Origin: an uncultured Gammaproteobacteria bacterium
Lineage (GTDB): Bacteria > Pseudomonadota > Gammaproteobacteria > JAURND01
Direction: 5' to 3'
NCBI GenBank assembly: GCA_963714975.1
Contig: CAVQQD010000003.1
Span: forward strand, 736,001-800,000
Length of the DNA: 64,000 bases
The translations under genes and the position numbers were made by a program. Below the pieces are notes generated by a model that ran no database searches, was not told the origin of the DNA, and saw only the letters and a list, made by a program, of their open reading frames with translations. Numbering within the stretch: the first letter of the stretch is position 1; the number at the start of each line of letters is the position of its first letter. Shown here piece after piece: positions 22,554 to 33,800 of this stretch.

Positions 22554-24103
22554 CAATGGCACTACCTTAAGCCACAGAATATTTTAAAATCCTTTTATTT
22601 ATTTTACGTAGCAATTTTTCTTTTTCGATTGCTCTGTTTCTCTTCAAGGCTGGAAATGGTTTCGGTCTTTGCTTGACTAGCCTGGGCTCCACCCTATCTG
22701 GTCTATTTCCAACTTTGTTTTGCACAATTAATTTTAACATCTCAATATACATTTTATGGTTGCTCACCTGATTTGAGCTTATAAAATAAGGAATAAATTC
22801 ATTTAGTAGCTGCACACTTCCCTTAAAGCTTATTTCCCATGGATTAACGCCATACTCATAACAAGCTTTTGCTATAATTATTCTGATAAAATTATATGCT
22901 AATAAATGAATTCCTATTTCTTTTCTAACCATTTCTGGTGTTTTGCACGATAACATATCCATATTCATGATACTTTTAATACTTCGCAAATTAAGCTCCA
23001 CCTCCCACCTTCGCTTATATATTTGGGCAAGCTCTGCTTTGTGGTATTTTTTGTCTAAAAATGTTGTAACGTATATGTGGCCTGATACTTTAAATTCCCG
23101 TATGGAAATTTGATCGGGGTATGCCTCATATTGCTTTTGTGTCATCCATTCCGGTTTCTGTGGTTTCTCCCAGTTGACAATGTGATCATTTTTACCCAAT
23201 TTTTGTCCCATTCTAAAATCATAATTCCTTTGACTTTGTCCGCGAAAAACACCATCAGCTCCTATTTTTTTTAAGTCCGCCATAAGAAAAAAATTGGGGT
23301 AATAACGGTCACCCAGCACAATATCGTCGGCTTTAATGCAGTTTATAATTTCTCTTAATAATGAGATTTCTCCTGTGCCCTTTCCTTTGTGAGCCCCTAT
23401 TGCATAATCTATTACGGTTCCCCGCGTCAGTGACATAACGGCTACTATTCGCGCCATAGGAAATCCAGCCCCTTTTTTCTGATTACCATGCTGAGGAAAT
23501 TTTTTTTGATTAGCTTTTGTATCCGACATTTTGACGGTAGATCCATCAAATGCTTTTAATTCTCGGCCATAGACTTTCCATCTCATTGGAATAGATTTCA
23601 AAGGGAAAGCTCCAGATTCTTTAACTAATGCCTTCACAGTATCTTCAGGCAATCGCTTTCTGGCCTTACAATAGGGGCCAGTATTTGAGCTTATTTTATT
23701 CTGCTTCTTTTTTTTACTATGCAGCTGCTCCACAACAACACCAGCAACCGCTTTTTTGCAGGATTTATCTGGATTTAAAACTTGTTTAATAAACGTAAAT
23801 AAGGTTTTGGTGGGGCTATATATCCGGTCACGATATTCCCGGCACTCTCTAAGTATCTTCTGACATTTTTCTGAATTCAATAGGTTTAACAGGAAAATGT
23901 CTGGTGCACCATCAGCCAATTCTTGTCTTTTATTTTTAACTTGCTTAATTTTATTTTTCTTTTTAAAATTCACAGATCAGTTTCCTTTTTTTATTATTGT
24001 GTGTTTGCTACAACAATAATATTAAATTTGGAAACTGATTTCATCTTTTTTCATCTAAATCATAGGCTTATATTCATCTTTGCTCCTTAAGGTAGTGCCA
24101 TTG
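22554..24103 (-). mobile_element. IS4-family insertion sequence, 1550 bp
   Basis: Perfect 18-bp TIR CAATGGCACTACCTTAAG / CTTAAGGTAGTGCCATTG; 11-bp TSD ATTTCAGAACT (22543-22553, 24104-24114). Confidence 0.97.
22567..23973 (-). CDS. IS4-family DDE transposase
   Basis: AFDGS, LGDRYY and YKRRWEVELNLRSIK (YREK signature). Confidence 0.95.
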   Translation of the reverse strand: MNFKKKNKIKQVKNKRQELADGAPDIFLLNLLNSEKCQKILRECREYRDRIYSPTKTLFTFIKQVLNPDKSCKKAVAGVVVEQLHSKKKKQNKISSNTGPYCKARKRLPEDTVKALVKESGAFPLKSIPMRWKVYGRELKAFDGSTVKMSDTKANQKKFPQHGNQKKGAGFPMARIVAVMSLTRGTVIDYAIGAHKGKGTGEISLLREIINCIKADDIVLGDRYYPNFFLMADLKKIGADGVFRGQSQRNYDFRMGQKLGKNDHIVNWEKPQKPEWMTQKQYEAYPDQISIREFKVSGHIYVTTFLDKKYHKAELAQIYKRRWEVELNLRSIKSIMNMDMLSCKTPEMVRKEIGIHLLAYNFIRIIIAKACYEYGVNPWEISFKGSVQLLNEFIPYFISSNQVSNHKMYIEMLKLIVQNKVGNRPDRVEPRLVKQRPKPFPALKRNRAIEKEKLLRKINKRILKYSVA

Positions 24104-24415
24104 ATTTCAGAACTCGGCTTATGGGATGGCTAGGATATTGGCAGAGGTTCGGCATGAGTGGTTAACTCCGCAAAATTGTCGAGCCATTTTGCAGAATCAG
24201 CATCAGGGTTATATTATGCGGGGCTTGGAACAGTTAGCATTTGCGCAGGTAAAAATAGGTGAGAATCGATTTCGTGAGGTTAACTTACTAAGTCGTGAGC
24301 AAGGCCAGCTCTTTTTTGAGTTGGTTGTTGCAAGTGGTACAAATGCTCCTAGTGTGGGTATAGCAATATCTGCTCTTGATTATCTCGCACCTAAGAAGCT
24401 GGAGATTTATCTTAA

Positions 24416-24860
24416 ATTAATGAAGGAAAAATTACTGTCGTTTAATGATGCTCAAATCTCTGAAGTGAATGCGTTTATCATTAACAATGCCTCTATATTG
24501 CGAAAGATCAGTGATGAGGATTTCCAGCGTTTGTTTGCCTATCCCGAAAAATTGGCAGCTCTTCAGAGAGCTATGAATATTCATAAAGAGGAAGGCTTAA
24601 GTAAATCTCATTATTTGTTGCACTGCTTGCCGAGATTAATGGAGAAAAAATTACTGTCGTTTAATGATGCTCAAATCTCGAAGTGAATGCAGTTCATCGT
24701 TAACAATGCCTCGTATATTGAACGAGGTCAGTGATGAGGATTTCCAGCGTTTGTTTGCCTATCCCGAAAAATTGGCAGCTCTTCAGAGAGCTATGAATAT
24801 TCTTGCAGAGAACGGCTTAAATAAGTCTCATAATTTCAGCGCGTTGTTGCAATGCTTGCC
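24416..24860 (+). repeat. ~220-bp tandem duplication inside the effector candidate
   Basis: AAAATTACTGTCGTTTAATGATGCTCAAATCTC...GATGAGGATTTCCAGCGTTTGTTTGCCTATCCCGAAAAATTGGCAGCTCTTCAGAGAGCTATGAATATTC occurs twice. Confidence 0.9.
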
Positions 24861-26025
24861 GGAAATAGAAATTATTCGGGATACTCTCAAGAAAACTCAG
24901 GGACAACTGAACCAACTAATTTTTAATAAAATGATTGTTGAACACTATCGAGCACCTGCGTTAGAAGTACTGCCAGAGGGCATGGGCCATCCTTTTATTA
25001 TTATTGCGGATTATATTTCTGATGATATCTGGGATAAATCGCCTCACAAGGAATTATTCGAAGCATTAAAAGCAAATCATTGTGAAGATCTGCTAGAGAA
25101 AGATGCTGAGTTCGAGAAACAATTAGCTGGTCAAAAGGATGGTGATATTCGAGTCCTTACTAAACGCCTCAAAAAGTTAAAATCCACTAATGTTTTTACC
25201 CCATTTGAACAAAAAGGCATTAGTGATAATTTTCAAACTAGAAAGAAAATTTTGTTACAGATGATTGAAGTCCTGGGGTATCCGAAAGATAAATTTTGGA
25301 TGGTTAAGGTATTAAAGGAACATAAATTACTGCAAGGTGAGCAAGCTCCAAAGAATTTTCTGCATGTATTGAATAATATCAATCATAGTAATGCCATTAA
25401 ACGAGTTATTGACAACGAAGCGGTTGCTGATTACCCTGATTTCTTTGTTTCCATCATCTCTCAAGGAAAAGATGCGAGTGCTCTCAACAAACTTCTGACG
25501 AAATTCAGGACTTATTTTAAAGATAACAAATATGGTATAGAAAACTTAGGGCGTGTTATTAAGCGTGCTCCGGAGGCGAAAGTATTGGGGGAAATCTTAG
25601 GGATAATGCAGCAAGAGAAGCAGGAAAAATTGTTTGATCCTGAATTCCCAGTTAGGGCACAAGCAAATTTTGAATTTTTATTTGACGCGTCAAATGCCGG
25701 CACAGCTAGAAGCATTTTAACTGCCATTCAGCAAGAGAGACAAAATAATACTCCGATTACTCAAGAAAAATTTAGGGAAATTGTCAAGCAGGGTAAGACA
25801 TCTACGGTAACTCAGATCCAAACCTCGGGTGGTTCGCCCCTCCATCTTCCTCCACTGCAGGGAACTGAAGTTGGTGATCTTGATTTCAGAAGTAATAGAA
25901 ATAATTCTTTTGCTTCTGTTTCCCCGACCTAATGGTGTAAGATTACTAGCTTAACTCATTACCTAGTCTGTGGGTTTATCTCAAGGACGCAGTCTAAACA
26001 ATTTACCATTATCGGAGTTCACAAT

Positions 26026-27222
26026 ATGTCCCTGATTTTATCTTCCCGTGTAGCGCGCGTAAAACCTTCGGCAACTTTGGCGGTGGCGAATCGAGCGGCT
26101 GAGTTGAAGGCAGCGGGTCAAGATATTATTGATTTAAGTGTAGGCGAACCTGATTTCGATACGCCTGACTTTATTAAAGCAGCGGCTATCCAAGCGATTC
26201 AGGAAGGCTTCACTAAATATACTGCGGTTGATGGTATCCCTGCCTTGAAAAAGGCGATTATTGAAAAATTGGCTCATGAAAATGAGCTGCAGTATTCTCC
26301 TGAGCAGATCATCGTGAGTTGTGGGGCCAAGCATTCGCTGTTCAATTTGTTTGCGGCCTTACTCAACAGTGAGGATGAGGTGATTATCCCTGCTCCTTAT
26401 TGGGTATCTTATCCTGAAATGGTGCTATTGAATGATGGGTTGCCGGTGATCATTGCTACCGATCTTACACAGCGCTTTAAAATTTCTCCTGCCCAGTTGG
26501 CGGCGGCCATTACCCCGAAAACCCGCTTATTAATTTTGAATAGTCCCTCAAATCCTTCAGGTATGGCTTATACCCGAGAGGAGTGGAGTGCTCTTGGGGA
26601 GGTGCTGAAAGAGCATCCCCGGGTGTGGATTGTCACCGATGATATTTATGAACATATTTTCTGGGGATCAGAGCCATTTAGTAATATTTTAAATGCGTGC
26701 CCAGAATTGTATGAGCGCACCGTGGTCGTTAATGGTGTTTCTAAGGCTTATGCGATGACTGGGTGGCGGATTGGTTATGCAGCGGGCCCGGCGCCAGTGG
26801 TTAGTGCGATGAAAAAGGTGCAATCGCAAATTACTTCAAATCCGAATTCTGTAGCGCAAAAGGCGGCGTTAGCTGGGCTTTCTGGCAAGCAGAGTTTTGT
26901 CCGTGAAATGAATCAGGAATTTAAGCAACGCCACGATTACCTGGTAGCGGCGCTCAATGAGATCCCTGGTTTGGAATGCCTGCCCGCAGATGGTGCTTTT
27001 TATGCTTTTGTGTGTGTCGAAAAGCTGTTAAAAAATGCGGGGATCAAAACAGATCTGGAATTAGCGGAATATTTATTGCAACAGGCGCAAATTGCGGTAG
27101 TACCTGGTTCTGCGTTTGGTACACCGGGGTACCTGCGCTTGTCTTTTGCAACCAACATGGATCTTTTAAAAGAGGCGGTGAGTCGGCTTGAAAAAGCCAT
27201 ATCACCAAACTTTGTAGGATGA
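26026..27222 (+). CDS. aspC: PLP-dependent class I aminotransferase (aspartate aminotransferase type)
   Basis: GEPDFDTP, PYWVSY, NSPSNPSG, DDIYE, SKAYAMTGWRIG. Confidence 0.9.
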   Translation: MSLILSSRVARVKPSATLAVANRAAELKAAGQDIIDLSVGEPDFDTPDFIKAAAIQAIQEGFTKYTAVDGIPALKKAIIEKLAHENELQYSPEQIIVSCGAKHSLFNLFAALLNSEDEVIIPAPYWVSYPEMVLLNDGLPVIIATDLTQRFKISPAQLAAAITPKTRLLILNSPSNPSGMAYTREEWSALGEVLKEHPRVWIVTDDIYEHIFWGSEPFSNILNACPELYERTVVVNGVSKAYAMTGWRIGYAAGPAPVVSAMKKVQSQITSNPNSVAQKAALAGLSGKQSFVREMNQEFKQRHDYLVAALNEIPGLECLPADGAFYAFVCVEKLLKNAGIKTDLELAEYLLQQAQIAVVPGSAFGTPGYLRLSFATNMDLLKEAVSRLEKAISPNFVG

Positions 27223-27264
27223 AAAGTATTTTAATTTGGGATTCCCGCTTCTTCAGTAATTTGA

Positions 27265-27294
27265 CCGACGGGTGACAAATTCGTCACCCGTCGG
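27265..27294. terminator. 12-bp-stem hairpin between convergent aspC and icmS
   Basis: CCGACGGGTGAC-AAATTC-GTCACCCGTCGG; no clear U-tract. Confidence 0.6.
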
Positions 27295-27324
27295 AGGATT
27301 AGAGCTTCAGCGGAATTCCTCATT

Positions 27325-27678
27325 TTAGTCGTACATGAGTTCATCCAGTGCAATCACTTCTTTCGAAGAGGATGCTTTGCGTAACTCCATAATGACGTCA
27401 GTAATGCATAATAAGCGCAGTACTTGCGGAGTTACTGCATCAAATTTCACTTGGATCCCTAGCGGTGCTTTTTCTGCATCTTCAAAAGAGACGCCAATGC
27501 CGTAGCCCAAACATAGGGAACACAGCTGATCGGCACGGCGAGCCATTCCTGGGAGTAAGCCGGCAGAGGAGAATACTTCTTCATAGCTGAGTGGTTTACC
27601 ATTGAAACTAAATTTTACGCCAAGAGAAGTTGCGAGGTTGGTTAATTGCTTGCTGATTTCCATTCTTACATCCACCAA
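27325..27678 (-). CDS. icmS: Dot/Icm T4BSS adaptor IcmS (true start probably MEISKQ at 27663)
   Basis: LSYEEVFSSAGLLPGMARRADQLCSLCLGYGIG...LDELMYD is the IcmS signature. Confidence 0.95.
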   Translation of the reverse strand: MVDVRMEISKQLTNLATSLGVKFSFNGKPLSYEEVFSSAGLLPGMARRADQLCSLCLGYGIGVSFEDAEKAPLGIQVKFDAVTPQVLRLLCITDVIMELRKASSSKEVIALDELMYD

Positions 27679-27926
27679 GGTATAGCTAGTTTTCTACGAC
27701 CAGCTAGGAAAGAACGCAGCCAGCGACTAAATACCGCTACCGTAAAACCATAATGATTTAAAATGCCAAAAAAAGTAGTTGCTGCTATGGCAAGTATGAT
27801 AGTCCAGACACGAATGTGCAGCAAGCAAAGCACCACAGGAAATACCGCCCTAGCATCCACTACAAAGAGCAAAGGGAAGCGAGCAGAGTCTCGCCAAGAA
27901 GCGTCTTGAGAAGGAAATTTTAACAT
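27666..27926 (-). CDS. icmT: Dot/Icm inner-membrane protein IcmT (TraK family)
   Basis: WRDSARFP..F.VDARAVFP...LHIRVWT...GFTVAVFSRWLRSFLAG. Confidence 0.95.
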   Translation of the reverse strand: MLKFPSQDASWRDSARFPLLFVVDARAVFPVVLCLLHIRVWTIILAIAATTFFGILNHYGFTVAVFSRWLRSFLAGRRKLAIPWWM

Positions 27927-27976
27927 GGAAAAACTTTAGCACAGTTGGGAGGTTTTGTTCAAGCATTGCTCCAGAA

Positions 27977-28036
27977 TCCCCTCTCCCGTTGTCTATCCGA
28001 TGCTGCATCGGATAGCTCCCGTTGTGGGAGAGGGGA
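27977..28036. repeat. CCCCTCTCCC/GGGAGAGGGG palindromic repeat with nested hairpin
   Basis: TCCCCTCTCCC...CTATCCGATGC-T-GCATCGGATAG...GGGAGAGGGGA downstream of lpxB. Confidence 0.75.
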
Positions 28037-29191
28037 CTATTTCAGCAACCCCAGCAACGCCCTTGCGGCCCGTTGTGAGCCACCTGCTTCTCCCAATTTT
28101 TGTTTTACTAACTGCAATTGTTCTTTGATGGTGTTTTGATAGCTTAAGTCGTCGAGAATGCGGCTGATTTCTGCAGCAATAGCTTTAGGATTTGCTTCAT
28201 GTTGGATCAACTCTTTGACAATGGCTTGGCCGGCAATAATATTACACAAGCCAATATAAGGAATTTTGATAATTCGTTTCATGATCGCATACGTTGAAAA
28301 TGAAGTTTTGTAGACAATGACCATTGGGATGCCTAACAGGGCAGTTTCTAGGGTCGCAGTGCCCGAGGTCACAATGGCGGCATCGCATAGCTGTAGTTCA
28401 TTGTACAAATCTTCGCCGAGAATATGCACTGGAACCTGCGTCGCTTGTAAATAAGGCTCTAGATCTTTTCGGCTCAAAGAAGAAGCAACTGGCAAAATGA
28501 AAGTGGTGTGGGGATGGTGATGTTTTAAAATTTCCGCTGCGCCGAGTAGTGGAGGCAGTAGCCGCTTAATTTCCCCTTTTCGACTGCCTGGTAATAAGCC
28601 AATGACGGTACAGTGCGGGGGAATTTCTAAGCTTTTTCTAACTTCCGCTTTAGTTTTGGTGGGCACAACTTGTCCCGCCAAAGGATGCCCGATAAACTCT
28701 ACCGGCACTTGGTGTTGACGATAAAATTCAGCTTCAAAGGGAAACAGCACCAGCATTTTATCGACGCGTTCGCGAATGGTTTTTACCCGGCGTTGTTTCC
28801 AAGCCCAAACTTGGGGGCTGATATAGTAAAGGACTTTAATTCCGGCTTTCTTTGCGGCTTTGGCTATTTGCAGATTAAACTCAGGATAATCAAGAAGAAC
28901 TACTAAATCAGGAGGAGTTTTTCGAATGAATTGCCGAAGTTTTCTCCAAGCTTGAAAAATAGGGATACCATGTTGGAGGATCTCAATACCGCCTACTACC
29001 GCCATGGATTTTGAGTCAACGATAATCTCGACCCCGGCCTGGCGCATGTGCTCTCCCCCCATACCTATGAACTTGAGGTTAGGGTCGAGCTTCAGCACTT
29101 CATGCACGAGGGCAGCTGCATGATGGTCACCGGAAGCTTCTCCGGCAACGATCAGAACTCGCTTAGCTGGCAATGACAAAGTCGCCCTCAC
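28037..29191 (-). CDS. lpxB: Lipid-A-disaccharide synthase
   Basis: VAGEASGD, LDYPEFN, YYISPQVWAW, LLPGSR, SGTATLE. Confidence 0.97.
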   Translation of the reverse strand: MRATLSLPAKRVLIVAGEASGDHHAAALVHEVLKLDPNLKFIGMGGEHMRQAGVEIIVDSKSMAVVGGIEILQHGIPIFQAWRKLRQFIRKTPPDLVVLLDYPEFNLQIAKAAKKAGIKVLYYISPQVWAWKQRRVKTIRERVDKMLVLFPFEAEFYRQHQVPVEFIGHPLAGQVVPTKTKAEVRKSLEIPPHCTVIGLLPGSRKGEIKRLLPPLLGAAEILKHHHPHTTFILPVASSLSRKDLEPYLQATQVPVHILGEDLYNELQLCDAAIVTSGTATLETALLGIPMVIVYKTSFSTYAIMKRIIKIPYIGLCNIIAGQAIVKELIQHEANPKAIAAEISRILDDLSYQNTIKEQLQLVKQKLGEAGGSQRAARALLGLLK

Positions 29192-30152
29192 GAGTCAGTG
29201 ATCCAAAGAATTTCATTTGCTTTTTGACGATATCAGTAATTTTGATCGCAGTCGCAAGCGCCATTTGTCCGTCCACCCCAGAGACCACGGGGGGCTTTTG
29301 GTGTTGGATAGAATCGAGAAAAGCCACAATTTCATCTCGTAAAGCATCTCCTTGCTCAAAGGCCTGTTCTTCACAAATAATTTCAGGGATCCCGGGGAAC
29401 ATTTCATTGATCCCCTTGCGGTGGATGGCGAGTTGTTTATGCTGTAAGTCGAGAGAAATATAGGCATCGGGTTGAAATAGGCGCAGCCGGCGTTCTTGCT
29501 TTAAACTGACGCGGCTAGCGGTCACATTAGCAACACAGTGGTTTTCAAACTGAATCCGTGCGTTGGCAATGTCGATTTGATCTGAGAGCACGCAGGCGCC
29601 GTTGGCATGAATTTTTTTTATCGGTGAACCGACAATATATTGAATTAAGTCAATATCGTGGATCATTAAATCCAGCACCACATTGACATCAATACTGCGT
29701 AATTTAAACGGGGCGAGGCGGATGCATTCAATAAAGCGCGGCCGGTCTAGGTATTTTCCTAGGGCGTTTACCACGGAATTAAATCGTTCCAAATGGCCCA
29801 CTTGCAAGACTAGGTTATGCTTTTGGGCTAAGGCAATGAGTTCCTCTGCTTCATCCACGGTATTGGTGATAGGCTTCTCCAGTAATACGTGAACGCCATT
29901 TTCTAGAAACATTTTGGCAATTTGAAAATGGGACTGGGTAGGGGTCGCAATGCTAACAGCCTCTACCTTTCCTAGGAACTTGTGGTAATCTTCTGTCGAC
30001 ATAATGCCGTGTTTGTTAGCAATCTCATATCCTCGTTGCGGGTCTATATCACAGACACCGATGAGTTTGGCATTGGGTAGGGCTGCATATTTCTCAGCAT
30101 GAAACCGCCCTAAGTACCCAACTCCGATAACAGCACACTTAATCTTTCTCAT
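29163..30152 (-). CDS. Gfo/Idh/MocA oxidoreductase, GnnA-like UDP-GlcNAc 3-dehydrogenase
   Basis: GVGYLGRFHA, EKPI, VGHLERFN, DLMIHDID; overlaps the lpxB start. Confidence 0.8.
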   Translation of the reverse strand: MRKIKCAVIGVGYLGRFHAEKYAALPNAKLIGVCDIDPQRGYEIANKHGIMSTEDYHKFLGKVEAVSIATPTQSHFQIAKMFLENGVHVLLEKPITNTVDEAEELIALAQKHNLVLQVGHLERFNSVVNALGKYLDRPRFIECIRLAPFKLRSIDVNVVLDLMIHDIDLIQYIVGSPIKKIHANGACVLSDQIDIANARIQFENHCVANVTASRVSLKQERRLRLFQPDAYISLDLQHKQLAIHRKGINEMFPGIPEIICEEQAFEQGDALRDEIVAFLDSIQHQKPPVVSGVDGQMALATAIKITDIVKKQMKFFGSLTREGDFVIAS

Positions 30153-30194
30153 GTAGTAGTTGGACCTCTTAATAGGAATAGGAACAAATAAAAA

Positions 30195-30851
30195 ATGGTC
30201 TCATTTTTTCCATCGAGAATCAATTGGATTGATACCGCAGGCGTAGACGAAGTGGGAGTAGGGTGCTTGGCCGGGCATGTGACTGCTGCTGCTGTGATCT
30301 TGATTCCAGGAAAGCGCCTTCGCGGGTTGATGGATTCTAAGAAATTGACTTGGCAAAGGCGTGAGGCTTTATTTCCGTTGATACAGCGCAGCGCGCTAGC
30401 CTGGGCCATTGGTCGGGCCGAAGTCGAAGAAATTGATGCGCTCAATATTTTGAAGGCACGCTTATTGGCTATGCAACGTGCCGTCTTAGCTTTACCTGTA
30501 CCGGCTAAGCACGCCTTAGTCGATGGGACTTATTGTCCAGAATTACCTTGCACTGTGGAGGGTATTGTCCATGGAGATGCTAAGATAGCCGCTATTAGTG
30601 CGGCTTCGGTGTTAGCCAAGGTTACGCGAGATCGTGAAATGATCGTGCTCGACCAACTGTATCCTGGTTATGGGTTTGCCAAACATAAAGGCTATGCAAC
30701 TCAAGAACATTTACGAGCCTTAGCAAAACTCGGGCCTTGTCCCCTGCATCGACGCTCATTTAGCTGGAAATCCCTGGAAGACAAAGCCCCCTCTCCCCCA
30801 CCCGAGCGTCAGCGAGGGAAGGTGGGAGAGGGTAGGGAGAGGGGGTCTTAA
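30195..30851 (+). CDS. rnhB: Ribonuclease HII
   Basis: [35 protein letters not shown]; tail is repeat-derived. Confidence 0.96.
   Translation: MVSFFPSRINWIDTAGVDEVGVGCLAGHVTAAAVILIPGKRLRGLMDSKKLTWQRREALFPLIQRSALAWAIGRAEVEEIDALNILKARLLAMQRAVLALPVPAKHALVDGTYCPELPCTVEGIVHGDAKIAAISAASVLAKVTRDREMIVLDQLYPGYGFAKHKGYATQEHLRALAKLGPCPLHRRSFSWKSLEDKAPSPPPERQRGKVGEGRERGS
30786..30846. repeat. CCCTCTCCC/GGGAGAGGG REP-like element forming the 3' end of rnhB
   Basis: Close copy at 34314-34371 (CCCCTCTCCCC-AC..GAGCG..AGCGAGGGAAGGTGGGAGAGGG). Confidence 0.8.
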
Positions 30852-33800
30852 TGACAAGTCCTGCATTTATTCATTTACATCTCCATACCGATTATTCCTT
30901 AGTGGATGGAATGATGGGCATTAAACCCATGATTAAGGCGGCCCAGGCTTTCAAGATGCCAGCCATAGCTATTACAGATCATTGCAATTTATTTGCCTTA
31001 GTTAAATTTTATCGCGCGGCTGAAGCTGCTGGCATAAAACCCATTATTGGTGCTGAACTGTGCGTCAAAAATCCTACCGATGATAAATCTCCGCATCGTT
31101 TAGTCGTGTTATGTCAAAACGCTATTGGCTATAAAAATCTCACACAATTAGTATCCAGAGCTTATCTGGAAGGGCAAAACTCAAGTTTTGCGATGGTCGA
31201 TAAAAAATGGTTACCCGGGAACACGGAAGGGCTGATTGCGCTATCAGCAGCGCGCGACGGTGATATTGGTCATGCTCTATTGGCACAGCAAAGCGCCGTG
31301 GCTAGGCAATTATTAGCGGGTTGGCAAGAATTATTTCCCGATCGATTTTACTTGGAGTTGCAACGCACCGGTCGCGAACAGGAGGCATTTTACCTAGAAG
31401 CGGCTTTAGAACTCGCAGCGCAAACCAGCACGCCGGTGGTTGCTAGCAATGACACGCGATTTTTACATGCCGAAGACTTCGAAGCTCATGAAGCCCGTGT
31501 ATGCATCCATGGTGGCTGGGTGTTAGATGATCATCGGCGCAAGCAGTGTTATAGCGAGCAACAGTATTTACGCTCCCAGGAAGAAATGGCCGAACTGTTT
31601 GCTGATATCCCTTCGGCCTTAGAAAATAGCGTCGAAATTGCGAAACGCTGTAATTTAGAGCTTAGTCTGGGTAAAAGTTTTTTGCCTAATTTTCCCGTGC
31701 CTGCTTCCTTGACCGTCGATGAATATTTTCAGCAAGAAGTCACGCAAGGTTTAGAAAAGCGCCTGACTACGTTCCCCTCCCCTCCAGATTTTGTGTCGCA
31801 TCGGCAAGCTTATGATAGCCGCTTGCAAATGGAAATCGAGGTCATTCGCAAGATGGGATTTACCAGCTATTTTTTAATTGTCGCTGATTTTATCCGTTGG
31901 GCCAAAGATCAGCATATTTTTGTGGGACCAGGACGCGGTTCTGGTGCTGGATTCTTTAGTGGCCTATGCCTTGTCAATCACTGATCTTGATCCCCTGGAG
32001 CATGATCTGTTATTTGAACGATTTTTAAATCCAGAACGAGTTTCTGTCGCAGATTTTGATATTGATTTCTGTATGGAAGGCCGTGACCGGGTGATTGATT
32101 ATGTGGCGACGAAATATGGCCGAGATAGTGTAGCCCAAATTATCACTTACGGAACGATGGCAGCACGTGCCGTCGTGCGTGATGTCGGCCGTGTTTTAGG
32201 TCACCCCTATGGCTTCGTGGATAAAATTGCCAAATTGATTCCCTTTGAATTAGACATGACGTTACAAAAAGCACTTACTGATGAGCCGTTGTTATTGCAA
32301 CGCTACCAGCAAGAAGGGGAAGTGAAAACGTTGTTTGATTTAGCCATGAAACTCGAAGGCGTGCCGCGTAATGTAGGCAAACATGCTGGTGGCGTGGTGA
32401 TTGCTCCTTCAGTATTAACGGATTTCGTGCCGTTGTATTGCGAGCCCAATGGTGAAAATCGCGTGACTCAATTTGACAAAGATGATGTGGAAGCTATTGG
32501 GTTAGTGAAATTTGATTTTCTAGGATTGCGAACCTTGACCATTATGGATTGGGCTTTGAGAACTATCAATAAACGGCGTGAGCAAGAACGACAAGCGCCG
32601 GTCGATATTAATCGTTTACCTTTAAATGATCCCGAAACTTTTGCTTTATTAAAATCCTGCGAAACAGTTGCGGTATTTCAATTGGAATCCCGCGGATTTC
32701 GTGATTTGGTGCGCCGGTTGCAGCCGGATTGTTTCGAAGAAATCATGGCGTTAGTGGCGTTGTTTCGCCCCGGCCCGCTGCAGTCAGGCATGGTCGATGA
32801 TTTTTTGAATCGAAAACACGGACGTGCGCCGGTCATTTATCCCCATCCTTTATTGGAGCCGGTATTGCGGAATACCTATGGGGTAATTGTTTATCAAGAA
32901 CAAGTGATGCAGATTGCGCAAGTGTTAGCAGGATATACTTTGGGTAGTGCGGATATTTTACGTAAAGCGATGGGTAAGAAAAAACCAGAAGAAATGGCCA
33001 AGCAGCGGGAAATTTTCGTTTCCGGTGCTCAGCAACGCCAGGTTGATCCTCAGATAGCCAATCAAATCTTCGACTTGATGGAAAAATTTGCTGATTATGG
33101 TTTTAACAAATCACATTCGGCAGCTTATGCCTTATTATCCTATCAAACCGCTTGGTTAAAAGCGCATTATCCAGCTGAATTTATGGCAGCGGTTTTATCT
33201 TCGGATATGGATAATACGGATAAAGTGGTTCGTTATTTAGAAGATTGTCGACGTCTGGGATTAATGATTACCGCACCAAATATCAATAGCAGTGATTATC
33301 AATTTAGCGTAGGCACTGCCGGTGAAATTATCTATGGCTTAGGGGCAATCAAAGGAGTGGGAAGTGCTGCGATCGACGTTATCGTTGCGACACGGCGAGT
33401 TCAGGGTAAGTTTGAGGATTTATTTGAATTTTGTCAGCGTGTCGATACCCGTAAAGTGAATCGGAAAGTGTTAGAGGCTTTAATTCGTTCCGGGGCTCTG
33501 GATGGTTTTGGGATGGAACGAGCGAGCTTAATGGCTTCTTTAAATGTGGCACTGCAAACAGCCGGTCAGCGTGGGGCAGCGCGAGAAATAGGGCAGCTGG
33601 ATTTATTCGCGGATCTCGGTAATGATGATATTAAACACTGCTATGTTAACGTCCCCGCTGGGTCGCAAGAACAATGTTTAAATGGTGAAAAAGAAACCTT
33701 AGGGTGGTTTCTATCAGGACATCCCCTGGATCGCTATCAACAAGAACTATTGCATCTGGTGACTGCAGAAATTTCTGAATTAAAACCCGATCGCGATAAA

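Larger units (their letters stand above)
21320..25932 (+). pseudogene. Large (~1000 aa) membrane-anchored Dot/Icm effector candidate interrupted by IS4 (plus a frameshift near 24680)
   Basis: Removing 22554-24103 and one TSD copy restores ...ASFQNSAYGMARIL... in frame with ORF 24126; N-terminal TM hairpin, internal tandem repeat, PmrA box upstream. Confidence 0.8.

Noticed and set aside
31878-31990. Programmed frameshift or split intein in dnaE
   Set aside because: No slippery site or intein motifs; the break falls in the conserved GSGAGSLVAY motif and matches the window-wide indel pattern.
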